DNA from: Macrostomum lignano
Lineage: Eukaryota
Direction: 5' to 3'
Assembly: GCA_002269645.1 (NCBI GenBank)
Contig: NIVC01003653.1
Coordinates: 1-45,949 of the forward strand
Length of the DNA: 45,949 bases
A model generated the notes under the pieces. It saw only the letters and a list, made by a program, of their open reading frames with translations, was not told the DNA's origin and searched no databases. Shown here in pieces: positions 11,400-24,236 of this stretch (its first letter is position 1; every line of letters begins with the position of its first letter). The translations under genes and the position numbers were made by a program.

Positions 11400-11731
11400 G
11401 GATATCTTAAGTTGGCGTAGAGTAAGAATCTACAATATATACAGCAAAACTTTCTGGGGTTGATTGGTGCTGGCCCAACCCGATTGGCCGTTTCGTGTGG
11501 GGATTAGCCACTCAGGGCTGAGGTGGACAAATGAAGCTAAGCAAGAGTGACGGCAGTGGCTGGACGGGTTGGGGCTGAGCTATGCACGGCTTAGGGGTGA
11601 AGCTCACACTGGACAGAGAGAAGGGGTGAGAGCGCAGTTTTGATTGGGTGACTTAAGCCAAGCTGGGCCTGGGGAGATTGAATCAAAACCAGTTTGAAGC
11701 GGTAAACAACACAGAATACCCTGCACTTTTT
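11400..11731 (-). promoter_or_regulatory. Conserved upstream region of microgene copy 1 (CCAAT boxes, TATATA)
   Basis: Visually about 90% identical to 32830-33180; three CCAAT motifs and TATATATT upstream of the ATG on the minus strand. Confidence 0.55.
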
Positions 11732-11959
11732 AATTGTTGCTACTTTCTTAGTCATTGCAATGACTCAGGTGTAAACTCCGGGGTTATGGTTGATTGCAAG
11801 CAAGAATTAGGAGGGGTGGTGGAGGTAGGCGGGAGATTATATAGCTAATGAGACGGCGGCTACAAACAGAGAAAAGAATAAGAAGACTGAATTAGATAGA
11901 GAAGAGGGTGAGAAAATGGAGTAAACACAGACAAGTTCAGATTAACTGGATAAATGACT

Positions 11960-12198
11960 TAAGAGTTTAATGCATGATTTGGCAGTTGCACGAAGAAGTA
12001 CGAAAGCCACAGTGGGCGAGACGATGTTATTTATTTAATATTTAGTCGGCTACTGCATTGCGTGGGGTGGTGGTCGTAAATGTACACTTTGCTTACTACG
12101 AGTACAGATAAGGGGGCGAGAGTTAGAGAGAGAAAGCCGGCTGACGTACGGACCCGGAAAAATGGGGTGGGCGCTCTATAGCAAATCAATGGCTCACA
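11960..12198 (-). repeat. 3' LTR of Mag-like Gypsy
   Basis: Matches 16470-16708; the terminal dinucleotide is altered. Confidence 0.95.
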
Positions 12199-12470
12199 TC
12201 TCTCCTCAACGCAGAAAAGAAAATCACTTTTGAAAACTCGATGCTTGCATTCGAAGCGCGAGGAGACTCGAACGACATACCGATTGCAGGGGAAATAAAA
12301 TATTGGTTGCCGCTGACCATTGAATAAAAAAAAACAACGGATGCAGCCGGAATAAAAGCATTTCGAGAAACGAAAACAACGCAAAAGGTTACAAAAGACA
12401 TTTAACAGTTTCAAACATTTTTAAACAGTTGCGACGGATTTCAAGACTAGCAAATCACCCCCCCCCTCGA

Positions 12471-15400
12471 TCAAGTGTAGACTTTGAATCCCTCCTTCGC
12501 CGCTCTCGGATGCGGGGTGCGGGCGATCGGCACGTTCTGCTCGACGTCGGCGGGGCCGGCAGCGTCGGGTGCCGCCGCCTGCGGCTCCACCAGGTCGGGC
12601 TCCGGTGGCAGCGCCTTCAGGGCCGTGCAGTGTCGCCGACAAGTGGCCTGACCGCGCCGTAGCTGCAGCGAGTTGCGTTGCACTTTGGTCACAGTCCAGG
12701 GCTCGCTCTCAAATGGGGTTTGGCCCTTCAGCGGGTTGACGCGTTTCCGCAGCACCTGGTCGCCGACCGCGTAGTTGTGCTCTCTTGGTCTTCGAGCAGC
12801 GTCGGCGTGCCGCTTCATCGTCAGCTTCTGCTTGCGGTCGTGCTCCCGCAGCTCCTTGTCGTTGATGCGCACCCGCGCTGGTGGCCGCCGGCCGGGGACG
12901 CCGTTGCCCAAAGCGCGGCCCATCAGCAGCTCCGCGGGTGCGCGTCCGGTTGTGGCGTGTGGCGCCGTCCGGTACGCCAGAATCCACTCGTCCAGAGCCT
13001 CGCGCCAGTCCCTGCTCTCCGCGATTGCAGCGCGGACGACCTTGTTGATCGATCTGTTCAGGCGCTCGGTCATGCCGTTGGCCGCAGGGTAGAGCGGAGT
13101 GATGGCCCGGTGTCGAATTCCGAAGCTCCTGAGGAAATCCTTGAACTGCGCCGACGAGAATGGAGGCCCATTGTCCGTAACGAGCTCCTCTGGGATGCCG
13201 AACCTGCAGAATGATTCCCGCAGCTTCGGGATGACTGCCTCCGCTGTAGTAGACTGCATGACCTGCACCTCGGGATACCGGGAGTTGTGATCCACGCAGA
13301 CGAGCAGCATCTTGTTCTGCACCGGACCGAGGAAGTCGGCGCCAATCGACAGCCAGGCGCCCTTGGGGATGCTGGACGACTGCAGTGGCGTCGCGCTGAC
13401 TGTCGGCTTATGTGATGTCATGATGCAGCTGCGGCAACTGCTGACGGCCTTGTCCGCATCTGCGCTCATCTTTGGCCACCAGACTTTGCTGCTCAGCCTG
13501 GCCAGTGTCTTCCGCAGTCCCAGGTGTCCGGCATGTGCGAGGCGCAACATTGTCTCCCGGAGGCTGCTTGGCACCACAATCCTGTCCCGCCGAAGCAGCA
13601 CTCCGTCCTCCTCAGCAAGCTCGTCTCGTAGTGCATACAGTGACCTCAGCTCCGGGTGGCCGAGGTCCCACCTGGCTCCCTGGATGGCGGCGATTGCGGC
13701 TTTGATCAGCGGGTCAGCCTGCGAGTGCCGCCTGATGTCCTCTACTGTGAGCGCTCTCGGCACCGCGGCCTGCAGTACCGCGCCGATGCTGGCGGAGTTC
13801 TGCTGTGCATCTTTGTTGTGCCCGGATGTCGCTAGCGGTTGTCGGCTGAGGATGTCTGCCGCATTCTGGGGCCCTGGGCGATACACCACCTTGAAGTTCA
13901 TGTGCTGAATCTGCAGAGCCATTCGCTCGACTCTAGGAGGCGGCCTCGACCCTGGCGCCAGCATGTTGACCAACGGCCTGTGGTCCGTGATCACATCGAA
14001 TCGAGGTGCGCCGTGCAGGTAGTATTGGAATCGGAGACATCCGCATTTCACTGCCAGCGCCTCCTTTTCGGTCTGTGAGTATCTGGACTCTACATCGGAG
14101 AGCGACCGGCTGGCATAGGCCACTGGTCTTGAAGTGCCATCTTCTCGCCGCTGCGCCAAGATGGCTCCGAGTCCCCTCGGACCGGCGTCGACTATGAGCT
14201 CGGTTCGCAGTCTCTGGTCGAAGAAGCTAAGGGCGCCGGCTTCCGTGATCTGCTGTTTCAGCTGCTTGAAAGCGGCGTCTTCAGCTTCGCTCCATCTCCA
14301 GACCGCGCCTTTCTTCGTCAGGCGCCGCAGTGGCTCAGCGATTTTTGACAGCTGCGGTGTGAACACAGCCAGGTAGTTGACAAGGCCTAGAAATGACCTC
14401 ACCTGGCTGGTGGTCTCTGGAGCCTTGAATGCCTTGACTGTCTCGATCTTGTCTTCGGTGGGTTGCACTCCACTGGCTGAGAGCTGCATGCCCATGAATG
14501 TGATCTTGTCTCTGGCTAGCTTGCACTTTCCGGGATTGAGCGTGACGCCGTGCTGCTGGAGGCGGGCGAGGCATGCTGCCAGATTCCTGTTGTGCTCCTC
14601 CAAGGAGTTCCCGAAAACAACGATGTCGTCATGAATCCACTTGACCTTGTCGAGTCCAGCCAGGATGCCTGACATGACGACTTGGAGGATTTCCTGAGCC
14701 GTGGAGAGGCCCATGCACAACCGCTTGAGCCGTCGCAGCCCCCGTGGTGTCGAGAAGGTCAGCAGGTTCCTGTAGCTTTCCGCCACAAGGATCTGGTAGA
14801 AAGCCTTGGCAACATCCAGCTCCGAGAAGACTTTGGCGCCTGCCATGCACCCAGTCACCTCCTCGAAAGTTGGGATTTGATGTCGCTCCCTGATGACAAA
14901 CCTGTTGACATCTCGGAGGTCCTGGGTGATTCGAACTTCGCCGGTCTGCGCCTTTGGCACCACGACCATCCGAGCCACCCAGGGTGCCGGGCCGTTGACA
15001 GGCTCGATGATGTCTAGGTCCTCGAGCAGCTTGAGCTCCTTGTCGACCGCTGCGGCCAGGTGGACAGGAACCCTTGAGGGCGCGTGGCAGACCGGCCTGG
15101 CGTCCTCCGTCAGGTGGATCGTTGCCGTGTAGTTCTTGACGCATCCGATGCCGCTGAAAACCTGAGCGTGCTTGGTGAGGATGTGGCTCAGCTGCAGTTG
15201 CTCTGGGAGGCCTTCGTCCGCTAGTCGATTTCCTTTGAGCAGTTGGTCGATGAGGCCCTCTGATCGGTGGACGGCGAGAACCTCGGGTGTCGGCTGACTG
15301 CTGGGCGGGCCGATACGGAGGATGTCCATTTCGATTGCAGATTTTCTGCCGAGGACCGTCGCGCCCCTGCCGTCGAATATAAAAAAGGGCGCGTCTCTGG

Positions 15401-16468
15401 AGACACCAAAACATTTACAGGCAGAGTCACCTTGCCGACCAGCTTCAGTGGGTGCGAGCTTCCGTAGGCAAACAGCTGGCTGCTGGCTGGCTGCAGTGGG
15501 GGTCGGTGTGGCAGGCCATTGAAACTGCTGACGTCCATGATGTTGCAACCGGCCCCGCTGTCGATATGGATGTCCATGGAGGTGCCGCCGATTTGAGCGG
15601 TCACTCTCGCTGACGCCGGATCACTGGCCACGTGGAAGATTCCTTCCTGGACTGGAGCTGAGTCTTTGTCCAGCAGGTAGGTCACGTTCTCCTGCTCGCT
15701 CGGGATGGCGTTGAGCTGGCCGGCCTTACTGGACCTGCACGCACGGGCGAAATGTCCGATTTTGCCGCATTTCCTGCAGGACTTGCCCCGGGCGGTGTCG
15801 CATTCAGCATGCCCTTGTCTGCCGCACCGGTTGCAGGTGACCTGCGACTTTCCGTCTGCCGCTCTCGAGCCGCGGCCGCTGCTGCTCACTGCTGCCACGT
15901 CCTCCGGCACCGGTCGGCTGCCGAGCTCCATTGCTTGCGCCTGTTGCTCCGCTGTTTCTCTGGCGCGGATCTTGGTCAGCGTGTCAGCCAGGCTGATGTC
16001 GCCTGACTGGAGCAGATCGCGCCGCATTTTCTCAGACCGGCAGTACGCCACAATCTTGTCCCGGATTAGCGAGTTGCTTAAGTCGCCGAACTTGCATGGC
16101 TCCGCCAGTTTCTTCAGTCGGACATACCAGGCATCGATTCCTTCGCCCTCTAGCTGTCGGCAGGTCTCAAACATGTATCGTAGGAAGACGATGTTGTTTT
16201 TCTTGTCCAGGTGGCTTTGAATGTTTTCTGCTAGTTTCTTGGCTGATTCGCCTCGTGCAATGCTGTTGTCTTCGACGAGCGAGTGGATGAATTCGCCGGC
16301 TGAGTAGAGTAGGATTTCTTGAGCTTGATTTTCATCTTTGATGCCGGCCGCGACAAGGTAGCTCTCAAAGCGCCGAGTCCAATTTTTCCACTTTTGTGCG
16401 ATGGTATGCGGCTCACCTTCTGCATCGAAGGTGCCAGGTGGCGATAGTGCTATGGCTTGCGACGCCAT
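12471..16468 (-). pseudogene. gag-pol of Mag-like Gypsy, broken by one apparent 1-bp deletion near 15415 in the protease
   Basis: Two CCHC knuckles (CNRCGRQGH, CRKCGKIGHFARAC), protease IDSGA, RT WIHDD, RNase H VDAG..TDHRPL, integrase HAGH..CRSC and D-D-E. Restoring one A gives VTLPVKCFGVSRDAPFF in a single ORF. Confidence 0.9.
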
Positions 16469-16708
16469 GTAAGAGTTTAATGCATGATTTGGCAGTTGCA
16501 CGAAGAAGTACGAAAGCCACAGTGGGCGAGACGATGTTATTTATTTAATATTTAGTCGGCTACTGCATTGCGTGGGGTGGTGGTCGTAAATGTACACTTT
16601 GCTTACTACGAGTACAGATAAGGGGGCGAGAGTTAGAGAGAGAAAGCCGGCTGACGTACGGACCCGGAAAAATGGGGTGGGCGCTCTATAGCAAATCAAT
16701 GGCTCACA
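16468..16708 (-). repeat. 5' LTR of Mag-like Gypsy (241 bp)
   Basis: TG...CA termini; adjacent PBS. Confidence 0.95.
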
Positions 16709-17099
16709 AGAAAGTTTATGCTGCTCTTCATGAGTGTGAAAAACGATAAGTCGCAGACAACGTTGAGAGGGGTTGGCTGTGGTAGTTCAATTAGCGTCGT
16801 GAGATCACGTCACAAGATTCAGAGCCCACCCACCCCAGCGGATTTAGTCTGGAAACGAAGAGATTGCAGACATGTGAGGGAGGGGTATCTGCATTCTGAT
16901 TGGCTGTTTAGTGGTGTGGGTTGACTGCTGGTGATTGAGGTGGGGGCTTGACTATTTAAATCGAAATGTACTGCAAATTGTGATTTTAACCTGCCATTTC
17001 TACTGAAGTATTTTGCACTGCAACATTTCTAGAAGCTATTTCTATTTTTATTTTCTAAGTTTTGTTTATACTTTGTTAAAACTGAACAACTTAGCAACA

Positions 17100-18245
17100 A
17101 TGGCGTCTACAATCACCAAGAAGATTAAGGCTAAAATCTCTGGCCTGAAACTGGGCTACATGAATACAGCGGTTACTGGCCTTGTAACCGAGTCGAAGGA
17201 GATCAGGTCCTACATGAAGAACGATGTTCGAGGCGAAGTTTTTTCATTCGTATTGGTGGACGACTCGGCTGAGATGAGAGTCAGCGTTTTCGGCAAGGAC
17301 CTGCGGTCTATTTGGGAAGTTTGCAATACTTCCGATGCTGTTCGCATAGCCGGCGGTATGGTAAAGACTTCGGATCCGAGATACAACAGCACGAATAATC
17401 CTATGGAGGTGTCTCTTTCAGTCGAAGCAATGAAGTTCCGGCTGTTAGTGAACGGGCGTGTAACTATACGGGAATAAGCGACCTTCAAAACGTACGCCTG
17501 CAAGAGTGAGTTGCATTGTATCTATCTACCTGTATGTATTGTATGGACAGACAGTATACAATATTATTATATGTACAATAGACATAATAGTATAGAAAAT
17601 GTGAATTGTATAGGCAATTATATAGCACTGTAGTGTATGTTCGGCTTTTATAAATTATTTTGTAAAATAATAGCAATCCATTCTATGTCTTCATCCCTTG
17701 ATGTTGGCTAGACTAGCAGTCCATTATATTCATTCGTCTATTGATGTAGGTAGGATTCAAATGAACTTCAAAAAGCGTTTTGAGGTTTTAAAAGACTTTT
17801 AAAACTGTCCCTCTTCATTGCCTTATATTAGAAATGTCGATGTCCTTGGACATTTTTGGACATTAATCGACACACTGCAGCCGCCCGAGGAAGTCATGAC
17901 GAAGGCTGGGAAGCGGATAAACGTAGCCAAAGTGATTATTGTTGACCAGTCCTGTCGTTCTGTCTCCTGCACGTTTTAGGGGTCGTCCTCCGATCAAGCT
18001 GTCAATTGGAGTGTCGGCGACATTTTGTCGATACGACGAGCAAATTACAGGAGTACGCCGGCGCTGTTGTACTTGGATGTACTTGCTCTGAAGTTCGGCG
18101 CAACTCGGACGACACCGAGGTTACGACTTTGACTGACTGGTACACGAATGCTAAGCAGAGCGATACTGAGTTTCAACCGCTGGGTGCTCCGTGTCCATCA
18201 GGCGCGGTTGGCGGCTCTTCTGACCAAAGGGGAACAACAGGCTAG
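17100..18245 (+). pseudogene. RPA70-like ssDNA-binding protein (OB folds DBD-A and DBD-B), spliced and decayed
   Basis: ATG at 17100 after CCAAT and TATTTAAA; IRSYMKNDVRGEVFSFVLVDDSAEMRVSVF resembles RPA70 DBD-A; frameshift to NYTGISDLQN; GT-AG intron 17506-17831; then NVDVLG..VDQSCRSVSCTF*G..LQEYAG..NSDDTEVTTLTDWY resembles DBD-B (TLWG mutated to TF*G). Confidence 0.8.
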
Positions 18246-18876
18246 TTGTTATGCAACTACCGGTTTCGCACGAATCCTTCCGGGATGTAGACGAAATTGT
18301 CTTGGACTTTAGAGAAGGAATAAATGTGCGCGTGTTCATTGTACATGTAACTTATTTAATGTTTAGTATCTTTCTGTAGTACAGATCTATGCACTCTAAC
18401 TTACTACAGTATTGTATAGTACTCGGTCAAGAATGTATAAAATTCTGTTTTAAGCAAACTTGTATATTTTTGTTCATTTATTTTACCTTTCTAAGAAGCT
18501 ATACAGACTGGTGCCGTCTGGTGAGAGCCAACTCGAGTCAACACGAATCGACTGGAGTACGCAGGCTGATGAAAGAAGCAGAATGTCATGCGAAGATTTC
18601 TCTGGCAGTTCAAGAAATCAGTGAGTTATTGAAGCACATGTGTTTAAAAGCCATCAGAAGTAAATTTAAGCATGGAAAAAGAATTGCTACCTTGGCCCTA
18701 CATGCTAAAATTCCTGCTGCATTGGCATTGGCATGAATATGCCAATTGGGTGCGTAAGTCAAATTTGGAGACTAAAATTTAGGATATGGGCTATTTAAGA
18801 TATAGATGGACTGATAACTTGATTGCAGTTTTGGTACCCTAATAGCAAGCATCTAATTCTCCCTTCCCTTCTAGGA

Positions 18877-19516
18877 GTGTCTTCGACTTCTACTTTGTAT
18901 TCTAAGAATGTCTTCTACTTTCTATTCTAAGAATCTCTTCTACTTTGTATTCTAAGAATCTCTTATACTTTTTATTTTAAGAATGTCTTCTACTTTGCAT
19001 TCTAAAAATGTCTTCCACTTTGTATTCTAAGCATCTCTTCTGCTTTGTATTCTTAGAATGAATTCTACTTTGTATTCTAAGAATCTCTTCTACTTTGTAT
19101 TCTAAGAAGCTCTTCTACTTTGTATTCTAAGCATCTCTTCTGCTTTGTATTCTTAGAATGAATTCTACTTTGTATTCTAAGAATCTCTTCTACTTTATAT
19201 TCTAAGAAGCTCTTCTACTTTGTATTCTAAGAAGCTCTTCTACTTTGTATTCTAAGAAGCTCTTCTACTTTGTATTCTAAGAATCTCTTCTACTTTGTAT
19301 TCTAAGAATCTCTTCTACTTTTTATTTTAAGAATGTCTTCTACTTTGCATTCTAAAAATGTCTTCCACTTTGTATTCCAAGAATCTCTTCTGCTTTGTAT
19401 TCTTAGAATGAATTCTACTTTGTATTCTAAGAGTGTTTTCTACTTTGTATTCTAAGAAGCTCTTCTACTTTGTATTCTAAGAATGTCTTTTACTTTGTAT
19501 TCTAAGAATCTCTTCT
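18877..19516. repeat. 25-bp tandem array (CTTTGTATTCTAAGAATCTCTTCTA), about 25 copies with higher-order duplication
   Basis: Directly visible; related degenerate repeats at about 5400-5500. Confidence 0.95.
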
Positions 19517-20457
19517 GATACTGATACTGATCCTGATCGACTGAGAAATTGATTATGTCATAAACGCCTCGTGTGATTGGTATGCTACTACTTAAATGAA
19601 ACTTTTTAAATTCATCATTAATTAAAAACAATGAGAGCTAGCCTAGAGGTGAACAGACAGGTGAACAGGTGACCAGTTCGAGTTTTCTGAGAGAAGAGTT
19701 TTTTATTAATTAAAGCTTTTTTCATTGTAAAATTGTATCAGCTTGCGCGCAGCGAGAGACTTTGCCGTTAATTTTTGTGATTGTGATTTCAGAGCTCTGT
19801 GCACCCCATTGGCAGCTAGATAATTACTCGTACTGCCAATATTATTGCACAGACCTGAGACTAATTAAATGTTGAAATTTGGGCTTGACTGTGCTGACCT
19901 TGGCTCCTACCCCAAACCCTTACCCCCTCAATTTTGAGGCAGGCCAGTGTACATTTCTAGCCCTCTGCTTCCGAATGTACATACATGGACTGGAGAGCCC
20001 ACACTGACTCTGTTGTATATGTCTTATCGATTTTTTAGTTTTTACAACAATAGCCTAGCCCAAGGACCTGATAAATAACTTGCTATTAAGTTTGGTTAGG
20101 CACTTACAAGCTCTGATTCTTCAGACATTCAACTCAATCTGCTAAAAACTCTCCTGTGGCGGACAAGTGCAAGCACACCTGAAGACGGCCGTTTAGATGC
20201 CCTCGCGCTCCCTGCTCATCACGCCGCGTCTATGCGCCACCAACCCCGGAGATTAGGGGTGGGGGTTCGCCCACCCAGCCTGAGCTACGTGGGGGTTGGG
20301 GTTGACTGACTAACTAGCGCGTTGGCCTATTTAACCTGATTGTGCGCAGACGCTTGTAAGAACATTTTGCTCTCCGCAAATACAATTTCAAGTCTGCACG
20401 CAGTAGCTACTGCCCGCTTCATTGGTGAGCCCGACAACCCGCCATTTCGTCTAACAC

Positions 20458-21162
20458 ATGGCGCCACCCACTGAGTCAACTGTTGCACTCAAGCTGCCCA
20501 CGTTTTGGGCCATGCAGCCACGCGCGTGTTTCATCCAGGCAGAGGCCCAGTTCCAGCTGCGCGGCATCACCCAGGACGACACCAAGTATCACCACTTGGT
20601 CGCCTCGCTAGATTAACAAACCGCCGAGCGCCTGCTGGACGTTCTGGAAAGCCCTCCGAGCGAGGACAAATACGGCAAACTGAAAGGGCGCCTGCTCGGC
20701 ACTTTCAGTCTCACCCGGCAGCAGCGAGCTAGCCGTTTGCTCAGCATGTCCGGCCTGGGAGATCGCCGGCCGTCCGAGATGATGGACGAGATGCTGGCCC
20801 TGCTTGGTGATCACCGGCCTTGCCTGCTCTTTGAGGAGCTGTTCCGCCAGCAGCTGCCCGTGGACATCCGGATGGCGCTCGCATCCGCCGACTTCGAAGA
20901 CCCCCGGGCAGTCGCGCAGCTCGCCGACCAGCTCTGGGCCAGCCGGCCCCAGCCAGTGGCCGCTTCCGACCAGTTGGCAGGTCCGCCGGAGGTTTGCGCT
21001 GCGCGTCAGGCTGCGCGTCCCCGCACCACGTCGCCCCGGCCTGGGCACCGCGGCACCCGCGCCCAGGAGCTGTGCTACTTCCACCGCAAGTTCGGCGCGA
21101 AGGCTAGGCAATGCGAGCAGCCCTGCAGCTTTCCGGGAAACGGGCCGGCCGGCCGCCAGTGA
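20458..21162 (+). pseudogene. gag of CsRn1-like Gypsy (in-frame TAA at 20614-20616)
   Basis: MAPPTESTVALKLPTFW..QAEAQF..ITQDDTKY; C-terminal LCYFHRKFGAKARQCEQPC knuckle. Confidence 0.9.
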
Positions 21163-21179
21163 CCATCGCGGCGGCCGGC
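21135..21179 (+). promoter_or_regulatory. -1 programmed ribosomal frameshift signal (G_GGA_AAC + 10-bp GC stem-loop)
   Basis: Heptamer at 21135-21141 in the gag frame; 6-nt spacer; stem 21148-21157 / 21170-21179; the -1 frame is pol. Confidence 0.8.
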
Positions 21180-24100
21180 AACCTGCTGCTCATCCCCGAC
21201 GTCCCATCCGGCCGGCGGTTCCTGCCATTCCTGGTGGACACAGGCGCCGAGGTAAGCATTTTCCCAGCCTCTGCAGATGATGCCCGCGCCCGTTCAACTG
21301 GCCCGCCGCTGTTCGCGAACGGCACCCGCATCCGAACCTTCGGCGGCCGCAGCATCACACTGGACGTCGGCCTGAAGACCTGCACCTGGCCATTCGTGTT
21401 GGCCGAGGTCTCCCGGCCGTTGATCGGCGCCGACTTCCTGCGCCACCACGGCCTGCTGGTGGACCTGCCCAACCGCCGCCTTCTGGACGCCGCCTCCCTG
21501 GCCAGTGTGCAATTGCTGGCTGGCTCCGGTTCTGCGCCTCAGCTCGCCGCCGCGGTTGCCAGGGACCCGTACAGCCGGCTGCTGGCGGAGTTCCCCAGCA
21601 TCACGGAGCCCAGCTTCAGCAAAGCCACGCCGCGGCACGGCGTGGAGCAGTACATCCCGACGACGGGCCCGCCGGTGCACGCTAGAGCGCGCCGCCTGCC
21701 GCCCGACAAGCTGGCCGCGGCCAAGGAAGAGTTTCGCAACCTGGAGCAGCTCGGCATTGTGCGGCGGTCCAGCAGCCCCTGGTCCTCGCCGCTGCACATG
21801 GTGCCCAAGACTTCCGGCGATTGGCGGCCCTGCGGCGATTTCCGGCGGCTCAATGACGCGCGGTGCCCGACCGCTACCCCGTGCCGCATATCCAGGATTT
21901 CTCAGCGCGCCTGAGCGGCTGCACAGTGTTCTCGAAGATCGACCTGGTGCGGGGCTACCACCAGATCCCGGTCGCGCAAACGGACATCCCGAAGACCGCC
22001 GTCATTACACCGTTTGGGTTGTTTGAGTTCCTCCGCATGCCGTTCGGGTTGAAAAATGCGGCACAGGCCTTCCAGTGGTTAGTAGATTCGATCTGCCAGG
22101 ACCTGCCGGCCGTCTTCGCGTACATCGACGATTTCCTGGTCGCCAGCAGCAGCCCCGAGCAACACGAGGAGCACCTGCGGAAGCTGTTCCAGCACCTTGC
22201 CGACAACGGCCTGTTGCTCAACCCAGCCAAGTGCCAGTTTGGCCGCAGCGAGATCGATTTCCTCGGCCACAGGATCAGCGCTGCAAGCGCCATGCCGTTG
22301 CCGGACAAGGTCGACGCAGTCGCCAGGTTCGCGCCGCCCACGACGGTGAAGGGTCTCCAGGAGTTTGCCGGCATGGTGAACTTCTATCACCGCTTCGTGC
22401 CCCGCGCAGCCCGGTTGCTGCGCCCGATCTACCAGGCCATGGCCGGCAAGGAGAAGCTGGTGCGGTGGACGCCGGAGCTGACCGAGGCCTTCGACAAGAC
22501 CAAGCAGGCGCTGGCCGACGCGACCATGCTGGCGCACCCCAGGCCCGACGCGCCGCTGGCCCTCACCGTAGATGCTTCTGACACCGCCGTGGGCGCCGTC
22601 CTCGAGCAGCGTGTCGGCCCCGCCTGGCAGCCGCTCGCATTGTTCAGCCGGCAGTTTCGACCTGCGGAGGTTAAGTACAGTGCCTTCGACCGCGAGCTCC
22701 TGGCACTGTACCTAGCGGTCCGCCACTTCCGTTACCTCCTTGAGGGGCGCCACTTCACAGCCTACACGGATCACAAGCCGTTGGCCGCCGCCATGGCCAA
22801 GCTGTCCGACCCGTGGTCCGCTCGCAGCAGCGCCACCTGGCGTACGTGAGCGAATTCACCACGGACGTCCAGCACATCGCCGGTAAAAACAATCCGGTGG
22901 CCGACGCGCTGTCCCGCTGCACCGTGGCCAGCGTGCTACCCGGCATCGATTTTGCCGCGATGTCGCAGGCCCAGCATGCCCCGACCGAGTTGCCGCCGCC
23001 CGGCTCCGGCCTCCGACTAGAGCGCGTGACCCTCCGCCCAGGCCTGGAGCTGCTCTGCGACGTCTCCACCGGCCACCCCCGCCCGCTGGTGCCGCCCGAA
23101 TTCCGACGGCCGGTGTTCGACGCCATCCACGGCCTCGCGCACCCATCAATCCGCAGCTCCCGCCGCCTCGTTCCAGACCGTTTCGTTTGGCCCGGCCTCA
23201 ACCGCGACGTCGGCCGTTGGGCTCGCAGCTGCCTCGCCTGCCAGACGACTAAGGTCCAGCAGCATGTTGTCAGCCCGCCAGACAGCATCCCGGTGCCCCG
23301 CGACCGCTTCGCGCACGTGCACATCGACCTGGTGGGCCAAGGGTGCTCGCACCTGCTGACCGTTGTCGCCGGTTCACGCGTTGGCCGGAAGCAATTCCGC
23401 TGGCAGACACGTCCGCCGCTACCTGTGCGGCCGCATTCATCGCGCACTGGATTGCCCGTTTCGGTGTGCCAAGCGACCTCACGTCAGACCGCGGCCCGCA
23501 GTTCACCTCGGAGCTGTGGTCCAACGTGTCCCGCTTGCTTGGCACGCAGCTGCACCAGACGACGGCCTTCCACCCTCAGGCCAACGGGCTTGTGGAGCGG
23601 TTCCACCGGCAGCTCAAGGCTTCCCTGATGGCGCGGCTGACGGGGCCGTCCTGGACTGCCGAGCTGCCGTGGGTGTTGCTCGGCATCCGCACCGCTCCCA
23701 AGGAGGATCTCGGCACGTCATCGGCGGAGTTGGTGTACGGAGTCCCACTGGCGGTGCCGGGCGAGTGTCTGCAGGCCAGCTCGCCTACGGGCCATGACGG
23801 GTTCCTCACGCGCCTGCGCCAGGCCGTGCAGGCTTTCCGCCCGCCACCGACCTCCCAGCATGGCCGCCGCCCCACCGCCCTGCCTGCTGTCTTGGACACC
23901 TGCACGCACGTCTTCGTCCGCCGCGACGGGCACCGACCGGCGCTGCAACCGCCTTATCTAGGTCCCTTCAAGGTGCTGGAGCGCGGCGCTAAGGCTTTCC
24001 TCCTCGACCTCGTCACTAGGCGGGACTTCGTGTCGGTGGACCGGCTCAAGCCAGCGGCGCTTGACCCTGCCAGCCCGGTTTCGACGCCTCAAATTCGGCC

Positions 24101-24236
24101 AAGGGGGCGCCCACCGCGCAAGCCCACCGTCCCGGGCGCCGCGACGGCCGAACCGCTGCGCCGCCGCCCGCCGCGGCGCCGCCAGCCACACCGCCGTTGC
24201 CGTCGAGTACCGGAGGCCACCGCTGGGGGGGGGGAG
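21135..24236 (+). pseudogene. pol (PR-RT-RH-IN) of CsRn1-like Gypsy with at least three frameshifts
   Basis: [49 protein letters not shown] spread over ORFs 21111-21914, 21863-22849, 22813-23628 and 23343-24281. Confidence 0.9.

Larger units (their letters stand above)
11960..16708 (-). mobile_element. Ty3/Gypsy LTR retrotransposon (Mag-like), near full length
   Basis: LTRs 16468-16708 (TG..CA) and 11960-12198 match base for base by eye; PBS TGGCGTCGCAAGC at 16467-16455; PPT GAGGAGAGA at 12207-12199; no clean TSD. Confidence 0.95.

Noticed and set aside
11750-11767. Perfect 16-bp palindrome AGTCATTGCAATGACT overlapping an AP-1-like TGACTCA
   Set aside because: Single short occurrence, not shared with the paralogous copy; could be chance.
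17100-18245. Host RPA1 gene symbol
   Set aside because: Lacks the N-terminal domain, is highly diverged and disrupted; symbol withheld.
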